A DNA stretch of 64,000 bases from Rhynchobatus australiae (Eukaryota): assembly GCA_034780895.1 (NCBI GenBank), contig JAUZTB010000048.1, forward strand, positions 29,710,221-29,774,220, read 5' to 3'. A model generated the notes under the pieces. That model saw only the letters and a list, made by a program, of their open reading frames with translations, did no database searches and was not told where the DNA came from. Shown in pieces: positions 39,111 to 52,854 of the stretch; within the stretch, counting starts at the first letter, position 1, and each line of letters begins with the position of its first letter. The position numbers were made by a program, and so were the translations under genes.

Positions 39111-41664
39111 TTTGTTAGGTAACTTGAGACAACAGTTTGCCTCTTAGCTAGAGGAATCAGTAGGCTATGGGTTCAATTCCAACTGAGGACATAATCTTGG
39201 TTTCATATGTTTTAAAATGAATTGATAATTCATGTTTTAATTGCAATTTCTCAAAACTATAATCTGAAAATCATTATGGTATTGGGAAAATAATTAGACT
39301 GGTGGTGTTGATGTGTTTTAGGCAAGATGAAAACCAAAGCTACATTGGACAGTATTAAAGGATATCCATGATCTAATGGCGCAATTCAAAGAACAAGGTG
39401 TTTTACTGCCGGGGCCAATATTTTCTTCTCAACTAACATAAGCAAACAAATATTAATTACTGTATACAGACTGGGTGGACTGTTTTGTGATGAAACACCA
39501 GTGACTACTCATTAAAAGCTATTTTTTGTCTTCATTGGACGTGGGCGTCACTGGCAATGCCACAGTTTATTATTTATTTCTAATTGCCTTTGAACTTAGT
39601 GACTTGTTGGACCATTTCAGAGGCAATTAAGAGTAAATTGCATAGCTGTGGACCTGCAGTCACACTGAGTAAAGATGGAAGATTTCATCCTGAAAGATGT
39701 GAGGACACAAGATGAGACTTACTGACAAACTGGTAGTTTCATCATCGATGCCAGGTTTTTAATTCAAAATTTATTCAAATGCTTTAATCTAAATTTTGCA
39801 GCTACTATGGAGCAGTGTTCAGAATCGATAATCCAAGCTATGGATATTAGTCCACGAACTTAACTATGCTATCGTACCCCTTACTGATTTCACTCTATTT
39901 TGGGAAAGCTAAGAATATTGTCATATTAATGTAAATTCTTCCAAATAGATTACAGCAATGGATTGGAACAAATTTGAAAACAATTATGGAGTAGTTTGTT
40001 CAGAAATAAACTGGGGACCTTTCCTGAGGACTTTGCCAAATTATATTGTTAGATCAATGTGCCTGGACAGGCAACAAGTAATAAAATATTTGTTTAATCT
40101 TTACAAGCTAAACAGTGATGCTAGTCACTTATTTTAATGGAGTCCTTACCAGGGCCATATAAGAGCCAAGTATTTTTAATCACAGAATCAAATCTCAAAT
40201 TCTCATTAATACGGTATGAATTTGGTGAGACTGTGGCATTGCAGATGTACTGAAAAAAATTTGCTTNNNNNNNNNNNNNNNNNNNNNNNNNNNNNNNNNN
40301 NNNNNNNNNNNNNNNNNNNNNNNNNNNNNNNNNNNNNNNNNNNNNNNNNNNNNNNNNNNNNNNNNNCAGATGTACTGAAAAAAATTTGCTTCCCAGAAGA
40401 TTTGTGAATGAACACTGGGAGGCATTCATATATTTTAACTGCAAATTCTCAAAATTATATTTTCACCAGGAAACAATAAACCACATATTTCAGGATTCAG
40501 TGCAGTAATGGCTTATGAATTAACTTGATTAAATTGCATATTTATAAATGAATTGGATTTCCTACCATAAGTCAATAATTACAACACATGCTAAAGTTTT
40601 GCCAAATCTGCTTATTCACCAAGTTTCTTGGAAAATCAGTATGTTGATCAAACTGGGTCTGCAGGTGTAAATCATCCATCACCATGAAAAATCATCATCA
40701 AGAAGTCTTCATAAGAAACTAAGAAAATAAAAACTGCAGATGCTGGAAATACTCCATGGGTCAACATTTTGTGGAGGCAGAAACAGAGTTAACATTTCCT
40801 ATCAATGACCCTTCTCTGCTTCTCTCTCCACAGAATGCTGCCTAACCTGCTCAATAGTTCCAGCGCTTTGTTTTTATTTCTTAAGAGGCTAAAACAACAA
40901 CAGTGATAGAAATTTATGGGATTATTAATTAGGTGATTTCAAATTCAGTCACCATTTTCAACATGCAGACAAAAATGTTCAGAGACCCTAATCGCACAGC
41001 CATGGTTGCTAATCAGCTGGCTCCTAATGAGTTAGTTTGTCTATTCTTTAACAGAGCATGGGTGTTGGCCTCACGTTACTGAGAACGTAACCAAGTCTGG
41101 CAGTTGCAAAACGTGCATTTTCTGGTAAGGTATATCAAAACGGAGTAACAATGTGGCTACTTTATCTCTCATTCCCCCACAGATCAAGGGCTCCAAGCAT
41201 AGGATCCCTACATCCATCGTCAATGTTCCAACTTTCAAACTGTAATGATGCAATTCCTTATTGGGTAGTACCTTGAAATACCCAAGCCAAGTGAGTAAAT
41301 CCTGAATAGGAGGATAAAATACACCTCCACCCTGCACAACACTTCCCGAATTGATGAGCCATTAGCCATATTTATACATGTAATAATCGAATGGTTGCAG
41401 TACAGTCCTTACCACAAAGTGTGCATTAAAATCCTGTAACTGAACTATTCTATGCTATCATCTAAAAGAGGAAGCAGTGCTGAAGTATATTAAAAGCAGA
41501 AACAGTGGGCAGGCTGCCACACATATTTAGATGGGATCTGAGATCTGGTGTTCATTTTGAATGGAATTTAAAAGATTGGAGCTTAAGATTTAAGAGCATA
41601 AAGGAAATTTCTAAATCTCAAAATTGTAGATGCAACAGGTTACCTTACTGTTTCTAGATATAAT

Positions 41665-41957
41665 AAGATTTCTTTATTAGTCACATGTGCATCGAAACAC
41701 ACAGTGAAATGCATCTTTGCATGGAGTGTTCTGAGGGCAGCCCGCAAGCGTCGCCATGCTTCTGGTGCCAACATAGCACGCCCACAACTTCGTAACCTGT
41801 ACGTCTGTGGAATGTGGGAGGAAACTGGAGCACCTGGAGAAACCCACACAGCTACAGGGAGAACGTACAAACCACTTACAGACAGCGGCCAGAATTGAAC
41901 CCGGGTTGTGGGTGCTGTAATTGTGTTACGCTAACCACTACACTATCGTGCCGCCCT
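41665..41957 (-). mobile_element. V-SINE/HE1-like SINE, near full length
   Basis: Minus strand begins gggcggcacgatagtgtagtggttagcg (A box) ... cgggttcaattc (B box) and ends in an A-rich/AATAAA tail. Confidence 0.82.
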
Positions 41958-42139
41958 ATATATATATAGTGACACACAAAAAACACTTACTAGTTTGGAA
42001 TCTCTTTACTGTATGAACTTTAGTAATAAGCGTTTTAGAAATTAAAGATGTTTTTCATGAAATAATGCACGATCAAGCTAAGAAGAAAACAGAAGTATAA
42101 AATGCACTGGACCATAAAGACCAACTTATTTACTCTCTT

Positions 42140-42720
42140 ATTTCTACTTAGACAATCCCTCTGCATTGAAGATGACTTCCTTCCACTTCAGTTCTGTGGA
42201 TTCCGAGGTGGATGATGAGGCTATTGTGGGACGGACAGATTCTGGCACAGGTAGGGTAGGAGGTACTGGGTGGGGTGTGTAGGTGGGTTGGCAGTTTGGG
42301 AGGTGGTGCACTCCTGCCCGTTACACTCGACTTGTGCGTTGCTGAAGAGGCTCGAGGTTCACAATACTGACCTGAGTGTTGCCTTCTCCATTTTGTGAAG
42401 CCCTGGGCCAGGAGATTCTCATGAGCCAGTGTGGGCAGGACACTTTTACAAGAATGCTTTGAGAACATCCTTGAATTTTTTTTCCTCTGACCACCTTGCC
42501 ATTTCTCACCGTGACAGAGCTCAGAACGCAATCTTAGCAATCAGGCGTCAGGTATCTGAGTGGCATGGCCTGCCCTGCCCTGCAGAGTCAACTTGGGTAA
42601 TGAGGTCTCAATATTAGGGATGTTGGCCTGGTTAGAGGGTGCTAATGTTGGTTCACGTATCCTTCCAGTGGATGTGTAGGATGTTGCCGATATAGAACTT
42701 GGAGGCATCGATAGTCTGAG
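42140..42720. mobile_element. Decayed LINE (RTE-like) fragment
   Basis: GC-richer segment with no intact ORF; style similar to about 44540-45870. Family assignment is tentative. Confidence 0.35.
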
Positions 42721-43529
42721 ACAAGAACAGGGAGGTTAGTCTGGTAGGCCATGAGCCTTGTGCCTTGCTTTTAATATTAATATTAATAAAATTTAATATA
42801 AAGCATCAGAGTGCTGAGTAGGAAGCATCAGTGCAATCAAGACTGAGGGCGAGATCATTAGGGCTTTGAGACCTTGATGGCCAATGGGTTGTGGTTAGGA
42901 TTTGGACACTGCTGAGAGTTGCTGAGCTTTGCTTTGTTCTATGGTATACACACCGTGGTCTAGTCAACATTCGGATGTCCTGCAATAATGGAGGGAGAGT
43001 GGTGGTAATACTCTGTGCCTGAGGTAAACAAAAAAATGACTTAGACATATCAAGTGTTTTTAATGCCCCTTTCAATATGTCCTAAACTACTTTTCATTCA
43101 ATAGAAAATAAACATAGAAGTCATTTCCAAGCAGTAAGCTTCCACAAAGAGCAAGGTTACAACAACCAAATAATCTACATTAGTGGTTTTGATTTAGCAA
43201 TCAGTATGGGCAGGACTCCACTTTTCTTGGAAATGCTTTAACCAAAAGATAGCTGTTTTGAAAGTGCAGTGCTTCCTCAGTATTACACTGAATTAACAGC
43301 TTGGAATTTTGTGTGCAAGTTTCTAGACTGGGACTTGAAGCTGGAACTTTCTGACTTAATGTAAAAGTACGACCACCTGAGCTATACCTCAGGTATTCGT
43401 AAGTAGAAATCACCTCTGCTCTCCAGTTCCTAATGCTGGCGTGTCAAAGATGGAGAGCTATCAACATGTTGGAGCCACACTATGTTCACACTTCAGTTTA
43501 AAAAAAAATCATAGGAGCAGACGACTTAC

Positions 43530-43544
43530 CATGTAGTTTTATTT
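43530..43544 (-). CDS. Candidate 15-nt micro-exon of EMILIN3-like gene
   Basis: ttataattctgttatcagccag|AAATAAAACTACATG|gtaagt, phase 1-1, adds EIKLH. Supported by splice signals only. Confidence 0.4.
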
Positions 43545-45234
43545 CTGGCTGATAACAGAATTATAAAAATTATGCAATATTACCATGCATGTGTGAAGTG
43601 CCATTTAAATAACCCATGAGAAAGGTCATGGTTGTGAACTGTTTGAGTGTGGCATATGTGAGCCCTATCATTGGAGTGATGGTCACATTGCATACTTCCA
43701 ACACTGGATATACGTGACTAACAAATGGACACGACTGGGAGATTTTAACTTTTGCATTATTTTGTCTGTGGAGGAAATGATAATTTGAAGTCTGGGATAA
43801 TTGGAACTGCTGCAATTTTGAGTTTGTGATAACTAATCCAAGCTGACCCAAGTCAGCAAAATCCTCTCTTATCTTTTAATTAATGTGTCAATATGTAATC
43901 ATATGTTCTCCAATAGTAAATGAGATGCTAAGTGTGAATACAACCATTATTTTAAACTGAAGGATCATTAATTTTCTGCTACTTTACATCTACAATAGAT
44001 GTAACGTAGCACAGTTAATCGTGTTTACCCAAATGAAAGGAATAGTGACAACTGCACGTCTGAACAAGAAATCCAATAGCCTGGACTAATGACCCCACCG
44101 TGGCTACTGTAGAATTTAAACGGAATCAATTAAGATTATCAGTANNNNNNNNNNNNNNNNNNNNNNNNNNNNNNNNNNNNNNNNNNNNNNNNNNNNNNNN
44201 NNNNNNNNNNNNNNNNNNNNNNNNNNNNNNNNNNNNNNNNNNNNACAAAGAAAAAACTTGCATCAAAAATTGTGAACATGAAACTGAGCTTTTCTGACTG
44301 TAGACCCACAGGAATGTGGTTGGTTTTTAGCTGCCTTCTGAAATGGCCGAGCAAGCTACTATATGTGAAACTCTGATAAATCTTAATGAATGTAAAACAG
44401 ATGGACCACTTGGCCAAACCTCGGCACCAGATTTGGCAACAAAGCCAGTCTATTCTGCCAGGTCCTTCTCACAAATATCGAGGATCATGCCCATGTTGTG
44501 GGAGAGCTGTTGTATTGTCGAGTCAAGAAACTGCCTAATGTAGGGCTGGATGGTCCAACTGGATGTTTGCCTCAACTTACAGATCATTTGTCGCTGCGAA
44601 CTGTGGTTACAGCCCTGGTGAACTGCCACCAGAGCTCAGCTGGCTAGGCTCCAGCTGACTCTGTGTCACTCGCCGATCGTAGGCAGTCAGGACTATTGGG
44701 GGTGTGGGTAATGTGATCAGCCCCAGTGAGTGCTGATGATGTCCAATGCTTGGTCCTCCCAGGTGATTGGTAGAAAAACCCTTACAGGCATGGGTGTGGT
44801 GAGCAGCTTCACCTCACTCCCAGCCCAAAAGGATGCTACTTGGAAATGAGAGGTGGCTCCAGAGATATGGCAAGTGTCCCCAATTTCCAGGGCCTTGTCA
44901 TGATCCTATAATATGGGAGTGCAGTGTGGTACCACAGGCCCAGACTAGCAGACCTTGGTCTTCCAGATGTTGATTGCAACACCCATCCTCTAATATGCCT
45001 CTCATATGGGGAAAGCCTGTTCTTTCCATTAAGACAGTTCTACTGGTGCAGGGTCCAACCTGAGCTGAAGTCAGAGGCAGCTATCCCGAGGTGCTGGGGA
45101 ACTGCAGGAAGTGTGCATTCTCTCCTCGGATTCCACACCACTACATACGCCCACAGAGCAACATTTAACTGGAGCAAGAGGATAGACTGCAACTTTGAGT
45201 GCAAGATTGAGGCCATGATGTCTCATGACTTCAG

Positions 45235-45533
45235 ATAGATAGATATTTATTCGTCATATGTATATCGAAACACACAGTGAAATCATCTTTTTGCGTTTCT
45301 GAGAATGTGCTGGGGAGGCAGCCCGCAAGTGTTGCTACTCTTCCGGCGCCAACATAGCACGCCCACAGCTCCTAACCCGTACGTCTTTGGAATGTGGGAG
45401 GAAACCGAAGCACCCAGAGGAAACCCACGCAGACACATGGGGAGAATGTACAAACTCCTTACAGACAGCGGTGGGAATTGAACCCAGGTCGCTGGCGCTG
45501 TAATAGCGTTACACTAACTGGTACACTACTGTG
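45235..45533 (-). mobile_element. V-SINE/HE1-like SINE
   Basis: Closely similar to the 41665 copy; B box ctgggttcaattcc; (TATC)n tail. Confidence 0.82.
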
Positions 45534-48500
45534 CTCAAACATTAACAATAAAACCAACTGTTGATTGGCATCCACCACTCTCGCTCAATCCTTCATCTTA
45601 GGCACTTCTTGGAGGAGCCAATGAGGGCGGTAGGATACACCTGGTGCAGGTCTCAATGATGATTGCCCATGTTGGCTTGGCCGCCTGGACTGAAGAACAT
45701 AGGGCTGCCCCCATAGGCAGGTGCTGAGAGTTTACACCTGCAACGGTAGAAGTGTCCTTCACAACACTTGTGCGGATGAAGCTCTGTTTTCACACTTTGG
45801 ACACAGTCCATCATGTTGCATACCACATGACTGGACCTTTATTGCAGTTCAGCTGAAATCCAGGATAAGGTGAGGGTGAGTCCCTTGACATCAAGGTAGC
45901 ATTTTGAACATGCAGCATCAACGATCCCTCATAAAATTGAAGTCCATTAGCTGGTGTTATACCCAGCACAGAGGTGCTAACCAAGATGATTGTAATTTTC
46001 AGAGGCTACTCATTCCAGACCCAGGACATAATCTCAGGGTGAGATTCTAGGCCCAACCAATTTATTTTGTTTATTATCAGTAACCTTCAGCGTAAGAACA
46101 CATCTGAGATTGTTCATGGATGATGACACAGGGTTCAGTTCCTTTCCTAACTCCTTAGATATTAAAGCAGCCCTTGCCCACCTTACATCAAGAACAGGGG
46201 GGGGGGGGGGCCGAATTAAGGNNNNNNNNNNNNNNNNNNNNNNNNNNNNNNNNNNNNNNNNNNNNNNNNNNNNNNNNNNNNNNNNNNNNNNNNNNNNNNN
46301 NNNNNNNNNNNNNNNNNNNNNNNNNNNNNNNNNNNNNNNNNNNNNNNNNNNNNNNNNNNNNNNNNNNNNNNNNNNNNNCTTGGGACTTGTAAATGAGTGG
46401 CTCACCTCCTGACTCTCTACAGTCTTCTCACAATGCAAGTTTTGTCAGAAATAATCTGTTCTCATCTTCTATACTAGCTTGTGTTCATCTAAAACTCCAA
46501 ATCTTACTGAAACTCTTATTCATACGTGAGGGTGAGCACAGTGATCTGCATAAATCTGTGTTGACTCTGCTCAATTCTTTTATTATATCCCAAGTGCCCG
46601 TGACTACTTCTTAGTAATAGATTCCAGCAACTTTCCTTACTGTTGATGGCAGGTCCACTTATCTGAAGTTCCCTGTTTCTCCCTCCTGCCTTAAATATTG
46701 GGGAATATAAAGGAAAAGAAAATTAAACAGTAAACCAAGTGAGGAGAAAAGTTAGGAGACGGCTCTTTTACATAGTACTTTTCAGATCTTTGCCAGGGAG
46801 AAGTTGAGGACTATTTGCAAACTTCAGGGGTAAACTACGTGAACATTTGAAGCAGAGAATGATAAAAGGCAATGTAAAGACAAGGAAGGCAGTGGAATTT
46901 GTTTGGAACTGAGTGAAGAAACAGCTGGGACAATGAAGATTGGCTGAACAGCCCTCTTCTCCACTGTAACTCCTATAATCTTAAATAAGAACTGAAAATG
47001 CTGAAAACACTCATCAGATCAGGCAGCATCTGTGGAAAGAGAACAAATACAAAAAATGCGAGGAAAAACTGCATGTGTGCTTTTTTTAAATTTCCATTTG
47101 CTGTGGAAAGAGAAACAGAGTTAACACTTCAGCTCAAAGACCCCTGGCAGAATTGGTTGATGAAGGGTCTCCAAAGTGAATTATTAACTCTGTTGTCCTT
47201 TCCACAGATGCTGCTGAGTGTTTCTAGTATTCCTGTTTTTAATTCAGATTTTAATTTCAGACTTTTAGCCTCTGCAGTGTTTTTAAATTTAATCTTCTAC
47301 AATCTTTGGCTGTTTTCAGAAGTTGGCAGAAGGAAACACATTTGTTTGTGTAACTGGGTGGCAGCACTCCTTACAACAGCATTTCCTACAACACCCCCGC
47401 AGCATTTAATTTGACAAAGCTCTCTGCAGCATCTGAAGGTAATGAAATTTGAAGTCCCACATGTGCAATATATCATCCTACATGTTTGCTTTTGTTGAAA
47501 AACAATATTACACACTGTATATTAACCTTCCATTTGCTCAGTGTTACAGTATTCTTTCCTTATGAGAATACTCTTTAGCTAGAGAATACCACTAAATTGC
47601 AATGTATTTTTTTTTCCCTTTTGGGTCCATTTATGCAAGTGGAGTAAAAATGGTTCAAGTAAACTTCAACATGAGAAAATTGATGCATGAAAATTCAGAA
47701 TGATGCCTTGTGTGGTGGCACAATAGGGAATCTTGTTCAACTTTGCTTTGAGAAAACTTAACACCTGATCAACACAATGCACATTTAGATTTAGAGCAAA
47801 GATTAAAATGCACTGCAGAAATGCTAAGCTTGCAATGAAAATTTTGCAAATGGAGTAACACTTAAGGATATGGATCCAACATACCCTGATTTTGAACATT
47901 AAGCACTAACAGTAGCAATGAGAAGTTGCTATGGCAATTGAAAAAGATCTTTTTTCTAAATTGTTTTCCTGTTCTATTGCTATGTCCCATGATTCTCTTA
48001 ATATGCAGAAATCTGTTTCCAAAGTACATGGAACAATCACAACCTCTGGATCAACAATTCATAGCCCTATTACCAAAGATATTTCCCCCTTGTTATCCAA
48101 AATGAATGACCCTTAGCCTGGGAAAATGAGCCCTTGATCTAGATTTTCATTCATGCATTGATATTCCTCAACACTCTCACACCTGACTCTCTTTTTAAAG
48201 AAGAATTGATCTTTTTTAGACTTCAGACTCATGTAAATTATCTTTTTTTTTAAAACTGGAAATCAAATCCCTGTAAGTAGATTTAAGGCAAGATTCCATT
48301 TACTTGATTCNNNNNNNNNNNNNNNNNNNNNNNNNNNNNNNNNNNNNNNNNNNNNNNNNNNNNNNNNNNNNNNNNNNNNNNNNNNNNNNNNNNNNNNNNN
48401 NNNNNNNNNNNNNNNNNNNNNNNNNNNNNNNNNNNNNNNNNNNNNNNNNNNNNNNNNNNNNNNNNNNNNNNNNNNNNNNNNNNNNNNNNNNNNNNNNNNN

Positions 48501-48597
48501 NNNNNNNNNNNNNNNNNNNNNNNNNNNNNNNNNNNNNNNNNNNNNNNNNNNNNNAGGCAATCAACAATAGTAAAGATGCAGATTACATAATACTCAC

Positions 48598-50472
48598 CAA
48601 TTAACATCTGGTCTCCAATGCCTGCAATTTTGGTATTACACTCGTGCACTGAATCTTTCAGACCAGTGATTTCTTGACCGTGTATCACAAGGGTTCCATT
48701 CATTTGGTCCATGTAACTCCACAGATCACCAGCATGATTATCCAAAGCATCCTTAATAAAATCCAGACTGGTTGTTATTGCATTTAGCTTACTGCACACA
48801 CTCTCCATTTCAGCTACCCGCCTGTCAACCTGTGATACTTCCTTCTGGATGTCCTGAGCATTGTGCTTGCAGTTATGGAGATCTGACATGATCCTGTGGT
48901 TAATTCGCTGCAGATCTCCTTTGAGTTCATGGACACGTCTGTCGTTAAACATGAGCTGGGAACCTTGGCTATTCAATATCTGTTGAATTAGATGGACTTC
49001 ATCTGTCATTTTGCGCTCATGTTCATCCCAGGTTGAATTGGCATTTGCAAAATCGTCAGCATATCTGTTGACAGCCTCTTTGATCCCCTTCAGTGTCCTG
49101 TTAACAGAACTGATGTTGATCTTCAGTAAAGTGATTTCTCCCTGCACCCCACTGGATTCTTCTTCCTCTTTAATTTTCCTTTGTATTTCAAACATGGAAT
49201 AGTTGAGTTTATTGAGTAGACCAGAGTTCTTATCCAGCTGGGTCACAACATCTTGGCAGTTTTTCTGACAGTTGTCAATATCTGTTCTGAGAATTTCAAT
49301 GTCGCTAACAATTGAGGTGCAATCTGCAGTGCACAGATTTTCCAGAGCTATAATTCTTCCCTCCAAGTTATCCAGACCATCGTTACTTTGCTTTTTAATA
49401 GTGGCAAGTTCTGTTTCTAGCATTGGGATGACTACCCCCTCTAGGTTTGCGGGTGTAGTTACATTACTTAACTCTTCGACTACAATGGTAACCCGACCCT
49501 CGATCTCCTTTAGCTTATCGTGTAGTAGTGTTTTCATTCCATCCAATTCAGTTCCAAAGTGCCCCTTCATCTTGTTTTCAATGGTCATACAATTTTCTTC
49601 TATGCTCCTCTCTGTTGCATTGATTTTAGCCTCAATGTCATCCAGCCTACTATCATAGATATTCTCTACATGAATAGTGGAGAACTGTGGTAGTTCATTC
49701 TCAAATCGAGTTGTTAATGACCTTTGATAGTTTGATATCTCGTGTAGGTTCTGTTCCAAGGCATTGACTTTGTCTGTCAAATACTTAACAGTGTCACAGC
49801 AGTTTTCTGTTACAGCCAATCCATCAATTTGAGTTTGTAAGTTATTAATCTCCTTCTTTAGGTCAGCTTCTTTCCCGTCTATTGTTTCCTGAAGCCTTTG
49901 GTTTATACTTTTCTGTTCATCGCACTGCTGTTGGACCAGCTTTACCTTGTAATCACAGATAGTTTGTACATCTGTAAATTTGTTTTCAAAACCATCTAAT
50001 AGATCCTCTCTGAACTTGGTGAGTTTGGTATCTATGTAAGTATCAATGAAATCCACAGTTGCTGAAGGTGAAGAGGGTCTACTGGCCTCCAGTAGTTGCC
50101 TGAGTTGTCCATCGTGGCCAATCACCATGCCATGAACTTCATCAAGCAAGTCACTCTTTGTTTTCAATACATCCTTCACCTCTGTCACTTTGGCTACCAA
50201 GTCTCCCATTGCTGGCGGATATGTTGGTTCTCCTTTACTCAGGTTTTCTAGGCCATCAGTTATATATCCGAAGCCTACCGCGGCATCAGGGTATTTAAGA
50301 TTATTCAGCAAAGAAACAATCATTTTATTGGTGTCTTCCTGAATTGATAGCCTGAGGCTATCACTGATTCCGCTGACCATTGTCTGGAGTTTCTCAAATG
50401 ATTGCGAAAATCGTCGCATTTCATCTTCTAAACGGTCAATTCGTTCTCCATATATATCCGGAGCTTTAGGGC
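48598..50472 (-). CDS. EMILIN3: EMILIN3-like large coiled-coil exon (1875 nt)
   Basis: ttttatag| ... |gtgagt, within ORF 48263..50485. GERIDRLE, VGFGYITDGL, KVTEV, LLDGFENK and GEITLLKINISSVN match recalled EMILIN3 coiled-coil segments. Phase 1-1. Confidence 0.93.
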
Positions 50473-52174
50473 CTATAAAAGGCAAACATTATAATATTAA
50501 TGGATTGCACAAATTGGGATGAAATTTATGAAATAAATGTGCCTGAATTTAATGTTTATTCTTGGTAAAGTTGCTAAAGTAAGGACTTGTTGTCAGGGTT
50601 CGTCGTTCTTCTAAGGGACAGACATGAAGAATACTATTGATCTTAATAAGTTCATTTTCCATAGGATTGAACTAAAGGGATTTCAAGGGCAACTACGATG
50701 AGCTGTCAACCTGGCCTCCCTTTCATAGCTCCTACTGAGCCAGGTTGAAATTCAAATAGGTCCTGAGGTCAATTACTAATTGAGGAAACTCATGACATTG
50801 CTAGGTACAATATTTACACTCTAAATCATTTTTCCCTCCTTCTTCAAACTTTTACAGTTTAAAAAATGACCCAATTTCAAAAGCATAAATATAAATAGAA
50901 GTTTCAAGGTAAGATAGTAAATGAGTTGGGCAATTTTAATAATAGAATCAAATTCAAAGGTGTCTACTTCAGATGCACACATGTACAAAAAACTCCCAGG
51001 TATTATTTTTGCCAGTTTAACTTGGCTCGAGGGAATGGCACTTTTGCATTGTAAAACTATAATTAGAAATGAGATTCTTAAATTCTAATTGTTTGTGTGA
51101 ATATAGAAATTAAACCTTGGAACTGGGGAACCTGTATATGCAATTCTAAGGCAGATTCTTCTAGAAAAGAGCCTGTGAGAGTGGCCTTCTCAGCAATGAT
51201 TATATTACGTTGAACTTTAACTGATTTGTATGCATGCTTAATGCTTCATAATTGTGAGATTTCCCCACATTGCAAGCATAACAAAGTTAAAAGTAAAAAC
51301 ATTTTCTATGAAGGCTGTCGCAATTTAAAGCCAAGAAGCTGAAGTTACAGTTTAGCAATAATACAAAATGGGTGGCTATAAATTTGGTGGCATTTTTACA
51401 CGTCACCCATTTCTCTAAGCCAATGGAAGAGTGATTCATGGACTGTCGATTTGCTCATGTTGTGTCGTCCCCAAAATCTTTGACCCATTTTATCTTCAAA
51501 ACTTCATTATTGCTTCCCAAATGCATTCACAGACAAATTCAGCTTTCTTGATTAAATTTTAATTCTTTTTTTTTACAAGCTATGGACAACACTGGCAACT
51601 TGCTGTTCATCTCTGCTTGCCATTGAATGGAAGGTGGAGTTAAGAGTCAAGCAGATTGATGGGTCTGCAGTTACTAGGTAAGGGTGGGAGATTTCCTTTC
51701 CTAAAGAACAATGTGAACTAAATGACTTTTTACTGCAATCCAGTAGTTTCATGGTTACCATTAATTGAGATTTTTTAAAAACTTAAGTCCATAAGTTTAA
51801 TACCCCAGCTGCAATATTAGGATTCAAACTCACACCTTTGGGTCAATGGTCCCGAATTCTGAATGCTAGTACAGAAACCTAACCATTATGCTTCCATGGA
51901 AGTTTAGTTGTATCCAGTAATAGCAGAATTGTCCAAGCTTGTGTTTTGGAGGTTTTCTCAGTGTATCATGTAGGATTTCCCATATAGCACAATGCTGTGA
52001 AGTTTCCTGAAACTGCATGGAAGTATTGGCTTAATAAGGAAGTGTACAAATTTTTAGTGCCAAGGTTGAGGCTTTTTTTGTGTGTGACTTAGAGGTATAT
52101 TTATACTTTGCTTGAGCTTGCCCTGTTTGTTGTACACAGTCAATAAAACCTCCATCCAAACCCCTATTACTCAC

Positions 52175-52243
52175 TAACATTGTTCTGCCTGTTATCCAAA
52201 GGTTTGAAGAACCTTGTGCTGAGACCGGGTTGTAAATTTATGC
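52175..52243 (-). CDS. Candidate 69-nt cassette exon of EMILIN3-like gene
   Basis: tgctctttaaatgttag| ... |gtgagt, phase 1-1, stop-free (GINLQPGLSTRFFKPLDNRQNNV). Supported by splice signals only. Confidence 0.5.
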
Positions 52244-52854
52244 CTAACATTTAAAGAGCAGGAGCACCTGATGCCATTATTGGTTCTATTTAATGAAAAA
52301 TGTAATTATCTTATTCCTCAGTATTAATATCACTTACTGTATTTTGAATGCATCAGAACAAGTTACACAAAAAAAAACCCTGAAAAGTTGTTTTGACAGC
52401 TTTCAGTCTGTTCAGACCAGGTCTGAAGATCTTGTGGGGGGATGTCTTAAATTCAGATTAGGTTTAACGGCCATGCGAACAGTTCAATTTCCATGAATTT
52501 TGTTACTTCCAGAAAATGCAGGCCATTAAATTTTCTTAAATATTGCAATTAGTGTGCCAAATGTACATAAATGATGATGTGATTACACACTGCAATTTTT
52601 ACCAATAAAGACCTACGAGATCTAAAGAAAGAACACAGCACAAGATTTGCATTCTCGTCATGGCCCAATTCTGCTTGCTTTGTGCCATGTTTTCTCACTT
52701 TCCAACATATTCAAAATGAATTCACAGGGAAAGTTATACCAGTTTTAAACACAGATTTTGGCTGAACTGCCCATTACATCCTTGTTGAAAATTACAAGAC
52801 AACGTTTAAATGAATACAGCAATTAATTAGCTCAATTGTCATTTAAAAAAAAAT

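Noticed and set aside
40140-40200. Possible extra collagen exon ending GGC CCT G|gtaagg on the minus strand
   Set aside because: No convincing acceptor or Gly-X-Y run upstream.
41890-41957. tRNA-like A and B boxes
   Set aside because: These are heads of tRNA-derived SINEs; there is no complete cloverleaf, so no tRNA gene is called.
49011-49658. Plus-strand ORFs of 63 and 128 aa
   Set aside because: Antisense shadows of the EMILIN coiled-coil exon.
48263-50485. 740-aa ORF read as a stand-alone single-exon gene
   Set aside because: It starts at a non-ATG codon in an intron and runs through Ns. The real unit is the spliced exon 48598-50472.
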